DNA of 64,000 bases from Candidatus Oxydemutator sp. GTDB lineage: Bacteria > Pseudomonadota > Gammaproteobacteria > Poriferisulfidales > Oxydemutatoraceae. Made by a program: the position numbers and the translations under genes. Where the stretch lies: NCBI GenBank assembly GCA_965203445.1, contig OZ241883.1:512001-576000 (forward strand), in the 5' to 3' direction. This document shows positions 35,498 through 44,455 of this stretch, one piece after another (within the stretch, counting starts at the first letter, position 1; every line of letters begins with the position of its first letter). The notes beneath the pieces were generated by a model that saw only the letters and a list, made by a program, of their open reading frames with translations, ran no database searches and had not been told where the DNA came from.

Positions 35498-36370
35498 ATG
35501 GAGGCCCCGTTCCTGCCCGAGCGCCGCGCGACCATCGAGGGCGTCGAGTGCTTCATAGTCGCCGACGCGATTGCGAGCGGCGCCCCGGTCGAGGGCATGG
35601 TGCTGTTGGACGACGGCAGCCAGTCGTGGCGGATCTTGTGCAGCCTCGCGCACGTGACGGCGGTGCGCGCGGCCCACGCCGGACTGCCCCTCTACGGCTT
35701 CTGGCAGGTGCTGGAGGCGAGCGGCGTCTGGCGTCCGTCCACGCCGCTGCAAGCCTACCGCGACCAGGACGGAAACGGGCAGTTCGTGTTTTCCGACGAC
35801 GCGCAGATAGTCACCGGCGAGGTGGTGCGCGGAAAACTCGTGAGCACGCCGGTTGCGAAAGTGGATGACGCACAACCGGAGTGGCTGGATCTCGCGGGCG
35901 TCGTCGAAAGACTGAAACTACCGCGGCGCCAGGCCGAGACCGGCGCCGAGCGCCTCGAGCGCGCCCATGCCGCGACCAAAAAGAAGTGGGCGCGCGTCGC
36001 CGCGGCCGCGGCCGCGGCGACGCTCAGTTTTTTCGCGGCCGAGCAGCTCGGGCGCTTCGTCGAGGCCGGACGCGGCCACGAGCTCGCGCGCTTGCAGGAG
36101 CAGGCGCAAGCGCTGCAAGCCGCCGGCCGCCAAGCCGCGGCCGGACGCCTCGAGCGGTTGCCGGATCAATCGGCGAGACTCGATCAGCTGCTGCGGCTGA
36201 CTCTGCTCGATCCCGAGGTGCGCGTCGAACGCTCGCTTTCGCGCGGACTGAAAGACGCGCTGACGGTCAGGATACGGCGTCGCACCTACGAGAACTTCCT
36301 GAGCGAACAAGACGGGGACGCCCGCTACCTGCAATCGGGCGACGTCGAACTGGTGCTGCACCGGCCATGA
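35498..36370 (+). CDS. Pilus accessory protein (PilO/PilM-N-like alignment component)
   Basis: Cytoplasmic N-domain, single TM (AAAAATLSFFAA) and coiled coil; position after the secretin. Confidence 0.5.
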   Translation: MEAPFLPERRATIEGVECFIVADAIASGAPVEGMVLLDDGSQSWRILCSLAHVTAVRAAHAGLPLYGFWQVLEASGVWRPSTPLQAYRDQDGNGQFVFSDDAQIVTGEVVRGKLVSTPVAKVDDAQPEWLDLAGVVERLKLPRRQAETGAERLERAHAATKKKWARVAAAAAAATLSFFAAEQLGRFVEAGRGHELARLQEQAQALQAAGRQAAAGRLERLPDQSARLDQLLRLTLLDPEVRVERSLSRGLKDALTVRIRRRTYENFLSEQDGDARYLQSGDVELVLHRP

Positions 36371-36819
36371 ACCCGTTCATGAACGCGCGCAAGACCCTGG
36401 CCAGGACCTGGGGCAGGTACGGCACGGCGCTGGCGATCGCGGCGCTCGGCGCGAGCGGCGCGGTCGCGGGCTGGGGCGCGAACGTCGGCGCCGACTCGAG
36501 CGCGCGCATCGCGGCGTTGCATTCCGAGATCGCGACGCTGGAGCGGGAACTCGGCGCGAAGGCGAAGTGGCTGCCGCTGCCGCCGGCGCACGCCACCTGG
36601 GATCGGCTGGCGGCGATAGTCGGCGATCACCACGGGGTGGTTCTGCACAAACGGGGCGTGGACGGCGCCAACTGGAAGGGCGCGATCAGCGGCGAGGCGC
36701 GGCTGATATACGCGCTCGCCCACGGCCTGCAACGGCGCCATCGCCTGCCGCTCGAGTACTCGGCGATCCGGGCGCACGGCGACGCCGAATTGGGATTTCT
36801 CGTCTATGGATCGCACTGA
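36367..36819 (+). CDS. Pilus accessory bitopic membrane protein
   Basis: ATGA-coupled; TM followed by a short coiled coil (IAALHSEIATLEREL). Confidence 0.5.
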   Translation: MNPFMNARKTLARTWGRYGTALAIAALGASGAVAGWGANVGADSSARIAALHSEIATLERELGAKAKWLPLPPAHATWDRLAAIVGDHHGVVLHKRGVDGANWKGAISGEARLIYALAHGLQRRHRLPLEYSAIRAHGDAELGFLVYGSH

Positions 36820-36837
36820 CAAGAACCGGAGAAAAGA

Positions 36838-37344
36838 ATGAAAACGTTGGTCATCGTGATCGCCGCGACCGTGGCGACCGCGCAGGCGCGGGACCTGGAC
36901 GCGGCGAGGGGGCAGATCCTGAACCACGCCGCGCAGGTGCAGGCCCTGAACCGGGAGATGGAATTGCTGCGGCTCCAGAATGAAATCGCAAAGCTGCGAA
37001 AAGAATGCCTGCTCCACGGTTACACGTGCGCCGCCGGCGGCCTGCGGGAGACGACCGCGGCGCCGCGCGGCGCACCTGATCCCGGCTCCTCGTTCGAGGC
37101 CGCGCCGGAGGCGGAGTTCGCTCTGGTCGGCGTCGGCGGCGGGCGCGCCCGCATCGCGCGCCAAGGCGGCGAGGCGGACGAGTACCGCGAGGGCGACGCC
37201 GTCGCCGGCTGGCGGCTCGAGACCATCGAGCTCGACCGCGTGCACCTGTCGCGCGGGAGCGCCCGGCGGACGCTGCACGTCGTACGCGAGGCGGGGCCAG
37301 GCGCGCGTGGCGGCGCACGAGTCCGGGGCGGGCCCAGGTCGTGA
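36838..37344 (+). CDS. PilP(IVb)/GspC-HR-like protein
   Basis: Signal peptide, LNREMELLRLQNEIAKL coil, beta domain YREGDAVAGWRLETIELDRVHL. Confidence 0.6.
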   Translation: MKTLVIVIAATVATAQARDLDAARGQILNHAAQVQALNREMELLRLQNEIAKLRKECLLHGYTCAAGGLRETTAAPRGAPDPGSSFEAAPEAEFALVGVGGGRARIARQGGEADEYREGDAVAGWRLETIELDRVHLSRGSARRTLHVVREAGPGARGGARVRGGPRS

Positions 37345-39053
37345 CCAGGCAACGGGAAATTTTCAACCAGGTGAAGACGCGCCTGGTCGAACTGGGGCGC
37401 CTGGGGGCGGCGCAGGCCGAGGCCGTCGGGTGTCCCGACAATCCGGAGGAGATTCCGTCGAGTCTCATCCGCGCGGGCGTCTCGGCCGAAAAACTTCTCG
37501 CGGTGCTGTCGGAAGTGCTGGAGCTGCCGATCTACGACGCGGCCAGCCACGGCGCCGCGCGCGAACAAGCCCCCGACGGTTCCTGGCTGCTTGCAAACGG
37601 CGTCTTTTTTGTCGCCAATCCGTTCAGGATACCCTCGCTTCGGGCGATTCTGCCGCGCCTGGAGACCGCCGCGACGGGGGTGCGTTACGGGCTTCTGCCC
37701 CTGGAGGAGCGGGCCGCCGAGGACGAGGTCGGCCACGACGACGGCGAACGGCTGACGAAGGCACGGGCCAAAGTGCGGCAGTGGATACGCGACGCGATGC
37801 AGGGCAAGGCGAGCGACGTCCACTTGTGCCCGCGCGACGACAAGACCATAGCGATCAAGCACCGCGTGGATTCTCGCCTGCGCCTCGTCAGCGAGTGGAA
37901 GGCGTCGCGGGAGCTCGAGTACAAGCACATCTGCAACGTGCTGCTGACGCTGGCCGGGAAGAATTCGGGCATCTTCGGGCGCCTGGTGGACGGCTCGATT
38001 CGTCAGAAAATCGGCGCGCGTCCGGTGGAAATCCGGCTCTCGATGCGCCCGGTCTCGCTGCCCGACGGATCGGCGCCGGCGTTCTTCCTGCGCCTGCCGG
38101 GCGGCGCCGGACGGCGGGACCTGCGTCTGGCCTCGCTCGGCGTGCTGCCGGAGCAGCGGGCCGGATTGTCGAGGCTCGCCGACTGCGGCGACGGTTTTTC
38201 GGTGATGACCGGACCGACCGGCTCGGGCAAGACGACGACGCTGTACGCGCTGTTGCGGGAGATTCGCGCCAGATACCCGCACCGCTCGATTCAGACCCTG
38301 GAAGATCCGGTGGAACGCCACTTGGAGGGGATCGAACAAACCCAGATCAACGAAAAATCCCTGAGCTTCGCCGACGGCCTGCGCTCGCTGATGCGCACCG
38401 ACGTGGACACGATACTGTTGGGCGAGGTGCGCGACCGGACGACCGCCGATTTGTGCATATCGGCCTGCCTGACCGGCCACTACCTGATGACCACGCTGCA
38501 CGCGCCGACCGCCTTAGGGGCGATAGACCGGTTGATGGACCTGGGAGTGGATCTGCGACTGCTGGCGTCGTGGCTGCGTTTCGTGTCCGCGCAGCGCCTG
38601 GCGCGACGGGTGTGCCCGCGCTGTTCGAGCAGGGTCGTTCTCGGCGAACGTTACGAAAAACGCGAAGGTTCGATCCTGCGCGACGACGAGTTCGTCGCCG
38701 TCGCCGATCCCGCAGGCTGCGCGAAATGCGCGCGCGGCTACCGCGGCCTGGTGCCGTTGCTCGAGGTGGTGGAAGTAACCGACGGAATGCGCCCCCTGAT
38801 CCGGGGCGGCGGCTCGATCTACGAGCTGGAGCAACGCGCGCGCGCCGCGGGCAACGTTCTTTTACCCGAATACGCCGAGCGCGTCATACGCGGCGGCGAC
38901 ACGACTTTCGAGGCGGTGACCGAGGCCTGCGGCCTCACGCTCGCCGTCGCGAAAGACCCACGATCCGACAAACCGACACGTGAACCGACGGAGGAACCAA
39001 AGACATGTCCGACAAAAGATCCAAAAAACGCGCCGAGCGCGGCTTTACACTGA
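37341..39053 (+). CDS. GspE/PilB-family pilus assembly ATPase
   Basis: GPTGSGKTTT, TLEDPVE, LLGEVRD, TGHYLMTTLHA and CxxC..CxxC motifs. Confidence 0.93.
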   Translation: MTRQREIFNQVKTRLVELGRLGAAQAEAVGCPDNPEEIPSSLIRAGVSAEKLLAVLSEVLELPIYDAASHGAAREQAPDGSWLLANGVFFVANPFRIPSLRAILPRLETAATGVRYGLLPLEERAAEDEVGHDDGERLTKARAKVRQWIRDAMQGKASDVHLCPRDDKTIAIKHRVDSRLRLVSEWKASRELEYKHICNVLLTLAGKNSGIFGRLVDGSIRQKIGARPVEIRLSMRPVSLPDGSAPAFFLRLPGGAGRRDLRLASLGVLPEQRAGLSRLADCGDGFSVMTGPTGSGKTTTLYALLREIRARYPHRSIQTLEDPVERHLEGIEQTQINEKSLSFADGLRSLMRTDVDTILLGEVRDRTTADLCISACLTGHYLMTTLHAPTALGAIDRLMDLGVDLRLLASWLRFVSAQRLARRVCPRCSSRVVLGERYEKREGSILRDDEFVAVADPAGCAKCARGYRGLVPLLEVVEVTDGMRPLIRGGGSIYELEQRARAAGNVLLPEYAERVIRGGDTTFEAVTEACGLTLAVAKDPRSDKPTREPTEEPKTCPTKDPKNAPSAALH

Positions 39054-39448
39054 TCGAGATAGTCATCGTCACCGCGATACTCGCGGTGCTGGCGGGAGCG
39101 GGAATCTACGCGCTCACGACCAGCGGCCAGATCACCGACGCGCAGGTGGCGGTGGCGCGCGGCATCCTGATAAACCAGTTGCCGAACGCGATCGTCAGCC
39201 ACCACACGCGCAACAACGGGATACGGGCGGACTTTACGTTCGCCGGCGCCGGCAACGGCGGCACCCTGCGAGACTTTCCCGGAGACGGCAGCGCGCGCCT
39301 GGACGTCACCCCGGCGGACAACGAGGTCAAGATCACCCTGAGCGGCTACGACAGAGACGTCGTCAATCGCATCATGAGCGGCCTGGCCGCCTCGGCCATA
39401 GTAAAAAGCGCCTCCTCGCAAACCGCGTCGGTAACCTACGGCCTGTGA
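39005..39448 (+). CDS. Major type IV prepilin candidate
   Basis: SD GGAGGA; leader MSDKRSKKRAERG|FTLIEIVIVTAILAVLAG class III signal. Confidence 0.88.
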   Translation: MSDKRSKKRAERGFTLIEIVIVTAILAVLAGAGIYALTTSGQITDAQVAVARGILINQLPNAIVSHHTRNNGIRADFTFAGAGNGGTLRDFPGDGSARLDVTPADNEVKITLSGYDRDVVNRIMSGLAASAIVKSASSQTASVTYGL

Positions 39449-39478
39449 CGGCCGGCAACGACCGATAACGACGGCGCC

Positions 39479-40627
39479 ATGGCCTATCTGGTTCGACACC
39501 TGTCCGACGGCGGCGAGATTCTGCAAAGCGTCTGCCGCGGGCGCACCCTGCGGGACGCGATAGCGGCGGCGGGGGTGCGCCGGAATCGGATGATCTCGGC
39601 GAAATGGACGTTCGTCGTCCCGGATTGTGTCGACCGGATTCCGCTCAAGGAGCAGGAGTTGATTCTGATGCGCCTGCAACCGTTGATTTCGAGCGGGCGC
39701 GCCGCGGAGGTCGCCGCCCAGTTGCCCGAGTTCGCCGCCGCCCGGCGACGGCTGAGAAAAAAACCGCACTTGCTGGACGACGGCCTGGCCCTGTCCGAAC
39801 GCCTGAGCGGCCTCGGTTTCGATCCCGGCGCGGTGACCCTGATCCGCGCCGGGGAGGAGGCGGGTTTCGTCGTGGAGCACTTGCGAGACGCCATCAACCA
39901 TCTCGAGGAGACCATCAAATTGTCGCGGCAGACCGCGCGCGGCGTCTATCTGGGCCTGGCCCTTACGGGCGTCTCGCTGGCGGTTCTATTGATCGTCGCC
40001 GCGTCTTTGCGCGCGCCGCTGCAATCATTGCGGGAACTGCAAAGCCTGGCGTTGGACTTCAACCTGCTGACCGAGGTGCTGCTGTTTTTCGGCTGGCTGG
40101 TAACCGAGGCGGGCTGGTTTCTGCTCGCGTTCGCGGGCGGCACGGGATACGCCGCGTGGAGATTCTGGGAGTCGCTGTCGCGGTGGTGGCCGCTCTCCTA
40201 TTTTCGGGACTTGAGCAACACCGCGCGGTCGCTGCGCCTAGCCAGAATCTGGGGTTCGCTCAACCGCAGCGGCCTGCCGATCGAGCAACACCACGATCTG
40301 ATAGAGGCCGCGGCCGGACGCCAGGCGGCCGCGGCGATCCGAACCGGCCTGGCCGCGGGGCTGACCTTCGGCGAGCTGCTCGCACCGCGCTGGTTTTCGC
40401 CGACGCTACGGGCCGGGTGCCGCGCCATCGGCGAGATCAGCGTGCGCGATTTCGGCGAACGCCTGGAGCAGCTGACGACGCTGCTGACGTCGGAAAAGGA
40501 GGTCCTCGCGCGGCGCGCGGCGGGCGTGTTCCACGTCGCCGGCGTCTGCATCATGCTCGCGGTCCTGATCCTGCTGTTGGGCGGCGTGCTGTGGCCGATC
40601 TATACCTCGGCGGGACTTGCGCCGTGA
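39479..40627 (+). CDS. GspF/PilC-family inner-membrane platform protein
   Basis: LIRAGEEAG motif, three TMs, LWPIY C-terminus. Confidence 0.8.
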   Translation: MAYLVRHLSDGGEILQSVCRGRTLRDAIAAAGVRRNRMISAKWTFVVPDCVDRIPLKEQELILMRLQPLISSGRAAEVAAQLPEFAAARRRLRKKPHLLDDGLALSERLSGLGFDPGAVTLIRAGEEAGFVVEHLRDAINHLEETIKLSRQTARGVYLGLALTGVSLAVLLIVAASLRAPLQSLRELQSLALDFNLLTEVLLFFGWLVTEAGWFLLAFAGGTGYAAWRFWESLSRWWPLSYFRDLSNTARSLRLARIWGSLNRSGLPIEQHHDLIEAAAGRQAAAAIRTGLAAGLTFGELLAPRWFSPTLRAGCRAIGEISVRDFGERLEQLTTLLTSEKEVLARRAAGVFHVAGVCIMLAVLILLLGGVLWPIYTSAGLAP

Positions 40628-41154
40628 TCCGCGGGCACGGCTTCACGACGCTCGAGGCGCTGGTCGTCGTCGCGATCATCACGATCCTGCTGGTGTTCGC
40701 CGGCGTTCGCCCGGACGCCGCAAAGAGCCTGGACGACGCGACGCGCCAGAACCTCGCCGCGCAGGGCCGGCTGTATCTGCACGCGACCGCGCGCCTGCAA
40801 CGGCTCGGCTACGTCGGGCGGGCGCGGCAGGCGGGCGGCGCGATCCGGGCGTTAGCACCCGAACCGCTGCCGGATGCGGCCATCGAGCACCTCGCGGGCG
40901 TCGCGCGCGCCCGGGATTTCCCGGCCGACCGCGCGCTGCCGCCGGAACACGGGGTGTTTTCCTTCGACAGCAGCAGCGCCGGCGCCGTGGTGACGCTGAC
41001 GCTCGGCGGTCTCGCCGGCGATCTCGGCGCCGCAGCGCCTGCGGACGTCGAGAGCAGGCGCCTGGGCGACGGTAGCTGGTCGTGGATCTGGCGGTCGACG
41101 CCGGGCGTGCCCGGGCGCGCGCGACGGGTTACGGAGCGCCTGTACCGGCGATGA
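40624..41154 (+). CDS. Minor prepilin
   Basis: GTGA-coupled; HG|FTTLEALVVVAIITILL class III signal. Confidence 0.75.
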   Translation: MIRGHGFTTLEALVVVAIITILLVFAGVRPDAAKSLDDATRQNLAAQGRLYLHATARLQRLGYVGRARQAGGAIRALAPEPLPDAAIEHLAGVARARDFPADRALPPEHGVFSFDSSSAGAVVTLTLGGLAGDLGAAAPADVESRRLGDGSWSWIWRSTPGVPGRARRVTERLYRR

Positions 41155-42071
41155 ACGAACGCGGTTTCACGATGTTCGAGGTGATCATCGCCGTCGCGGT
41201 CATCTCGCTGCTGACGACCGGCTACTTCGCCTGGAAGGCGAACGCCGACGTCCGCGACTGGTTTGCGACGCTCGCGGCCACGCAAACCGACGAGATCGTG
41301 CGCATCGCCAACGCCGCGCAGAGCCACTACGCGCGGCACCACGCGTGGCCGGACCAGGCCAACACGTGCCGGGGCGCGTTCGAGGCGTTGGCGCCGATGC
41401 TCGCCGGCGTGGACCGGCTGTCGCCGTTCGACGGCACCTACGAAATGCGTTGCCCGACCACCGCGAACGGCCCGATCCAGATAGACGCGACGCTCCCGAA
41501 CGAGTCTTATAAGGAGTGGGCCGTCGTCGTCGCCGCCGGGTTGCCCGGGGCGCACGTAACCACCAGCGTCCAACCGCGAGGGTGGAAAGTCTCCTCCCCG
41601 TGGCCGGTGCCCGCGGAAATTCCGCTGCTGCAATCGCTGCTGCCCGTGGACGGCTCGCGCCCGATGGCCGGAGCGCTCGACATGGGCGGGAACGCGATCG
41701 TGAGCGCGACCTCGGTCACGGCGCGAAACGTAACGCTGGAGACCGGCCACAGCTTGGCGAACACCGTGCATTTCGCCGGGATCGTTCCGCATAAGACCGG
41801 CAACGTCATCCGACGCGGCATCCGCAAACCGGCCTGCCCGCCCGGCTACACGCCGCAGGTCTTTCTGGCGCCGGTGGACGTGCGACATTCCAGCGGCAGG
41901 CCGATCACGCAGTTCAGTATCTCGGCGCGGCAACACCCGGGGCTGCCCGACCGCTGGCAGGTGCTGTCCACGGTGCACGACACCGCCGGCGCCGAGACGA
42001 ATCACGCGGACGTGCGCGCGCTGGCTTTCACGAAGTGCTCGCCGCCGACGCTCGACCCGATATACCGATGA
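41151..42071 (+). CDS. PilV-like minor pilin/tip adhesin
   Basis: MNERG|FTMFEVII; DGSRPMAGALDMGGNAI and KPACPPGYTPQVF motifs typical of PilV-type adhesins. Confidence 0.75.
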   Translation: MNERGFTMFEVIIAVAVISLLTTGYFAWKANADVRDWFATLAATQTDEIVRIANAAQSHYARHHAWPDQANTCRGAFEALAPMLAGVDRLSPFDGTYEMRCPTTANGPIQIDATLPNESYKEWAVVVAAGLPGAHVTTSVQPRGWKVSSPWPVPAEIPLLQSLLPVDGSRPMAGALDMGGNAIVSATSVTARNVTLETGHSLANTVHFAGIVPHKTGNVIRRGIRKPACPPGYTPQVFLAPVDVRHSSGRPITQFSISARQHPGLPDRWQVLSTVHDTAGAETNHADVRALAFTKCSPPTLDPIYR

Positions 42072-42114
42072 AGGCGCGCGCCTCGGCCCGGGCCCGAAGG
42101 ACGGGAACCCGCCG

Positions 42115-42591
42115 ATGAAAAAATTGGCGGCGGCGTTGATGATGACGTTAGGCGCGGGCGCGACCGGCGACACGTCGGAGCGCGGCTACGTCGCATGCCG
42201 GCAACAAGCGGCGGCGGCCTTCGATCTGCCGGATGATCTGGTGCAGGCCGTCAAGGAAGTCGAAAGCGGCGCGTCTCTCGGCGCGCCGATCAGCACCAAC
42301 CGCAACGGCACCGAAGACATAGGCTTGATGCAGATCAACAGTTCCTGGCTGCCGACCCTGGGCCGGCACGGCATCAGCAAAGAAGGACTGCTCGACACCT
42401 GCGTCAATCTCCACGTCGGCGCCTGGATCCTGCGCCAGGCGATTGACGACGCCGGCGGCGACGTCTGGGCCGGCGTCGGCGCCTATCACTCGCCGACCCC
42501 GGCGCGCCAGCGGCGTTATCGCACACTGATAGTGCAAAAGTTACAAAAAATCAGGGCGCGTGCGCTGAATCAGGGCGCGAGGAGACGGTAA
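42115..42591 (+). CDS. Lytic transglycosylase (SLT; IpgF/R64 PilT-like)
   Basis: VES catalytic Glu, DIGLMQINS and VGAYHSPT motifs. Confidence 0.92.
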   Translation: MKKLAAALMMTLGAGATGDTSERGYVACRQQAAAAFDLPDDLVQAVKEVESGASLGAPISTNRNGTEDIGLMQINSSWLPTLGRHGISKEGLLDTCVNLHVGAWILRQAIDDAGGDVWAGVGAYHSPTPARQRRYRTLIVQKLQKIRARALNQGARRR

Positions 42592-42610
42592 CTTGTCTTC
42601 GGTAAGCCGG

Positions 42611-43849
42611 ATGCTCGCGCGCTCGATGCCGACCGCCCAAACCGCGGACGACGCCCGCAAGCGCCGCGTCGAAGCCGGTCGGGGCGCGCCGGCCGAGGAG
42701 TTTTTCGTCATTCCGGGACGCACCTTGCGGCCGGCGCGGTGGCCAGTGCGGTGGCCAATGGGGTGGTCAGTGCGGTGGTCAGTGCGGTGGCCAATGGGGT
42801 GGTCAGTGCGGTGGTCAGTGCGATGGCCAGCACGCCGGTCGCCGCGATGGCCGGCGCGCCCGGCACAAAGGCTGCTCGTCGCGGGCGGCGGCCTGCTGCT
42901 CAGCGCGGCCGTGGCCTCCCAGATCCTGATCGGGCCGACGGGGGCGCCCGCCAGGGCATCTGCGACGGCACCCGCGACGGCACCCGCGGGGGCGCTCACG
43001 GGCGACGCGGCTTTCACCCCGCTCCAAAAACGGCCCGAGCACCAGCCTCGCAGTCTGCCTCGCAGTCTGCCCCAGAGCCTACCACAGGACCCGGCCAGTC
43101 CGGTCGCGGAGCGCGAAACCGCGCCTGCCGGCGACGCGGGCGCGACGCCGCCAGACGCCGACGCCGCCATCGGTCATCAGCGCGAAACCGCGCCCGTTGG
43201 CGACGGGGACGCGGGCGAGACCGGGAATCACGCCGGCGATCTCACGCAAAAACTCGCCGACTTGTCGGCCACGCTAACCCGGGACCGGGCAACCGCGATA
43301 GCCTCGATACGCGGCGACTATTCCGCCCAGACCCGGAAAATAGAGCGCCTTGCGGCCACGCTGGCGCAACGTTCCGAGGAGTTTTCCCGCAGCCTTTCCC
43401 GGCTGCGGAATCTGGCCGAACGCAACGCCGCGCGCCTGATGGCGCAAGACACCGCGACGCCAAGCGCGGCGCCAGATGCGACACCGGGCAGGCGAGCGGG
43501 CGCCGCCGGGCGCGCCCCGCGCGCGGGGCGGCGGCCCGTCGGCCCGTCGGGAACGACGGAGCTTGTCGGACGCACCCCAGGCGCGGGGCGGCGGCGGCCG
43601 TTGCGACTGGCGGCGGTCGAATACCGGGGCCAAGAACCGGCGGCGGTCGTCTTGTTGGACGGACGCAGGCGCAGCCTGCACGAGGGGGACGCGCTCCTCG
43701 ACTACCGGGTGTCCGCGATTTCGGTCGCCGAGCGCGCCCTGACCCTGTTGGAACCGGCCACCGGCAAGCACTACGTGCTGGTCGTAGGAACAAACTACGT
43801 CGCCGAATACAACGCGGGTTCGGCGCGCGGGATTGATCATGCGGATTGA
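42611..43849 (+). CDS. Hypothetical membrane-anchored coiled-coil protein with C-terminal PilP/GspC-like beta domain
   Basis: TM LLVAGGGLLLSAAVA, Pro/Ala linker, coiled coil, LHEGDALLDYRVSAI; start uncertain. Confidence 0.6.
   Translation: MLARSMPTAQTADDARKRRVEAGRGAPAEEFFVIPGRTLRPARWPVRWPMGWSVRWSVRWPMGWSVRWSVRWPARRSPRWPARPAQRLLVAGGGLLLSAAVASQILIGPTGAPARASATAPATAPAGALTGDAAFTPLQKRPEHQPRSLPRSLPQSLPQDPASPVAERETAPAGDAGATPPDADAAIGHQRETAPVGDGDAGETGNHAGDLTQKLADLSATLTRDRATAIASIRGDYSAQTRKIERLAATLAQRSEEFSRSLSRLRNLAERNAARLMAQDTATPSAAPDATPGRRAGAAGRAPRAGRRPVGPSGTTELVGRTPGAGRRRPLRLAAVEYRGQEPAAVVLLDGRRRSLHEGDALLDYRVSAISVAERALTLLEPATGKHYVLVVGTNYVAEYNAGSARGIDHAD
42738..42830 (+). repeat. 12-bp tandem repeat (GGTGGYCAGTGC/GGTGGCCAATGG), about 7-8 units
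   Basis: Read directly; contains a duplicated 36-bp higher-order unit. Confidence 0.85.
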
Positions 43850-43976
43850 GCGCGCGTCGAGGTTCGTTTTGCGCGCGCTCCGCGCCGTGCTCGCGGAGCG
43901 CGGCGGCGCGCCCGAGAAGAAACACCCCGAAGAAACCGCTTCGAGCAACGTTCAAAAAACAAGGAGAGCAACATGA
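43839..43976 (+). CDS. Possible small coupled ORF (45 aa)
   Basis: Overlaps the upstream stop and its TGA overlaps the ATG of the next gene; no motif. Confidence 0.3.
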   Translation: MRIERASRFVLRALRAVLAERGGAPEKKHPEETASSNVQKTRRAT

Positions 43977-44380
43977 CCAGAGTTTGCGCAATTTTTCTGA
44001 TGTTCCTGGCCGCGGCCGCGACGTCCGGATGTATCGTCATCAAAAATCCGTTCCAGGGGCCGGGCGCCGACGCGCGCGCAGCGGCGCGTAGCGCGGGCGA
44101 ATCAAGCGAGGGCCGAATCGCGCGCACGCGCGCGGATCGCGCACAAGACGAGCGGGAACTGCTCAGGCGCGCCGTCGAGACGCTGGCGCGCACCCGGCGC
44201 ATCGGCCACGCGGCCTCGCTGAAACGGGCGCCCGGGGAGCGCGTGATCTTCGACTACGCCTATTTCGACCACGATCTCAAGGAGATGATCGAGGCCATAC
44301 GCGAATACCTGGCGGCGCGCGACACCGGCGTACGCGCGGCGCGCACGCCGGTGCCGCTCCAGTTGGACTACACGAGATAA
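43973..44380 (+). CDS. Hypothetical lipoprotein (last gene of the pilus operon)
   Basis: SD AGGAGAG; lipobox-like TSGC after a hydrophobic stretch. Confidence 0.65.
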   Translation: MTRVCAIFLMFLAAAATSGCIVIKNPFQGPGADARAAARSAGESSEGRIARTRADRAQDERELLRRAVETLARTRRIGHAASLKRAPGERVIFDYAYFDHDLKEMIEAIREYLAARDTGVRAARTPVPLQLDYTR

Positions 44381-44455
44381 GGCGCGCGGCGTCATGGTCG
44401 GGGACGCGCCGTGGTCGTCATCGTCGTCCTCAAGCGGCTCGTGAAGTTCGGCCTG

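Noticed and set aside
41151-42600. Shufflon downstream of the PilV-like adhesin
   Set aside because: I saw no sfx-like inverted repeats, alternative C-terminal cassettes or Rci recombinase.
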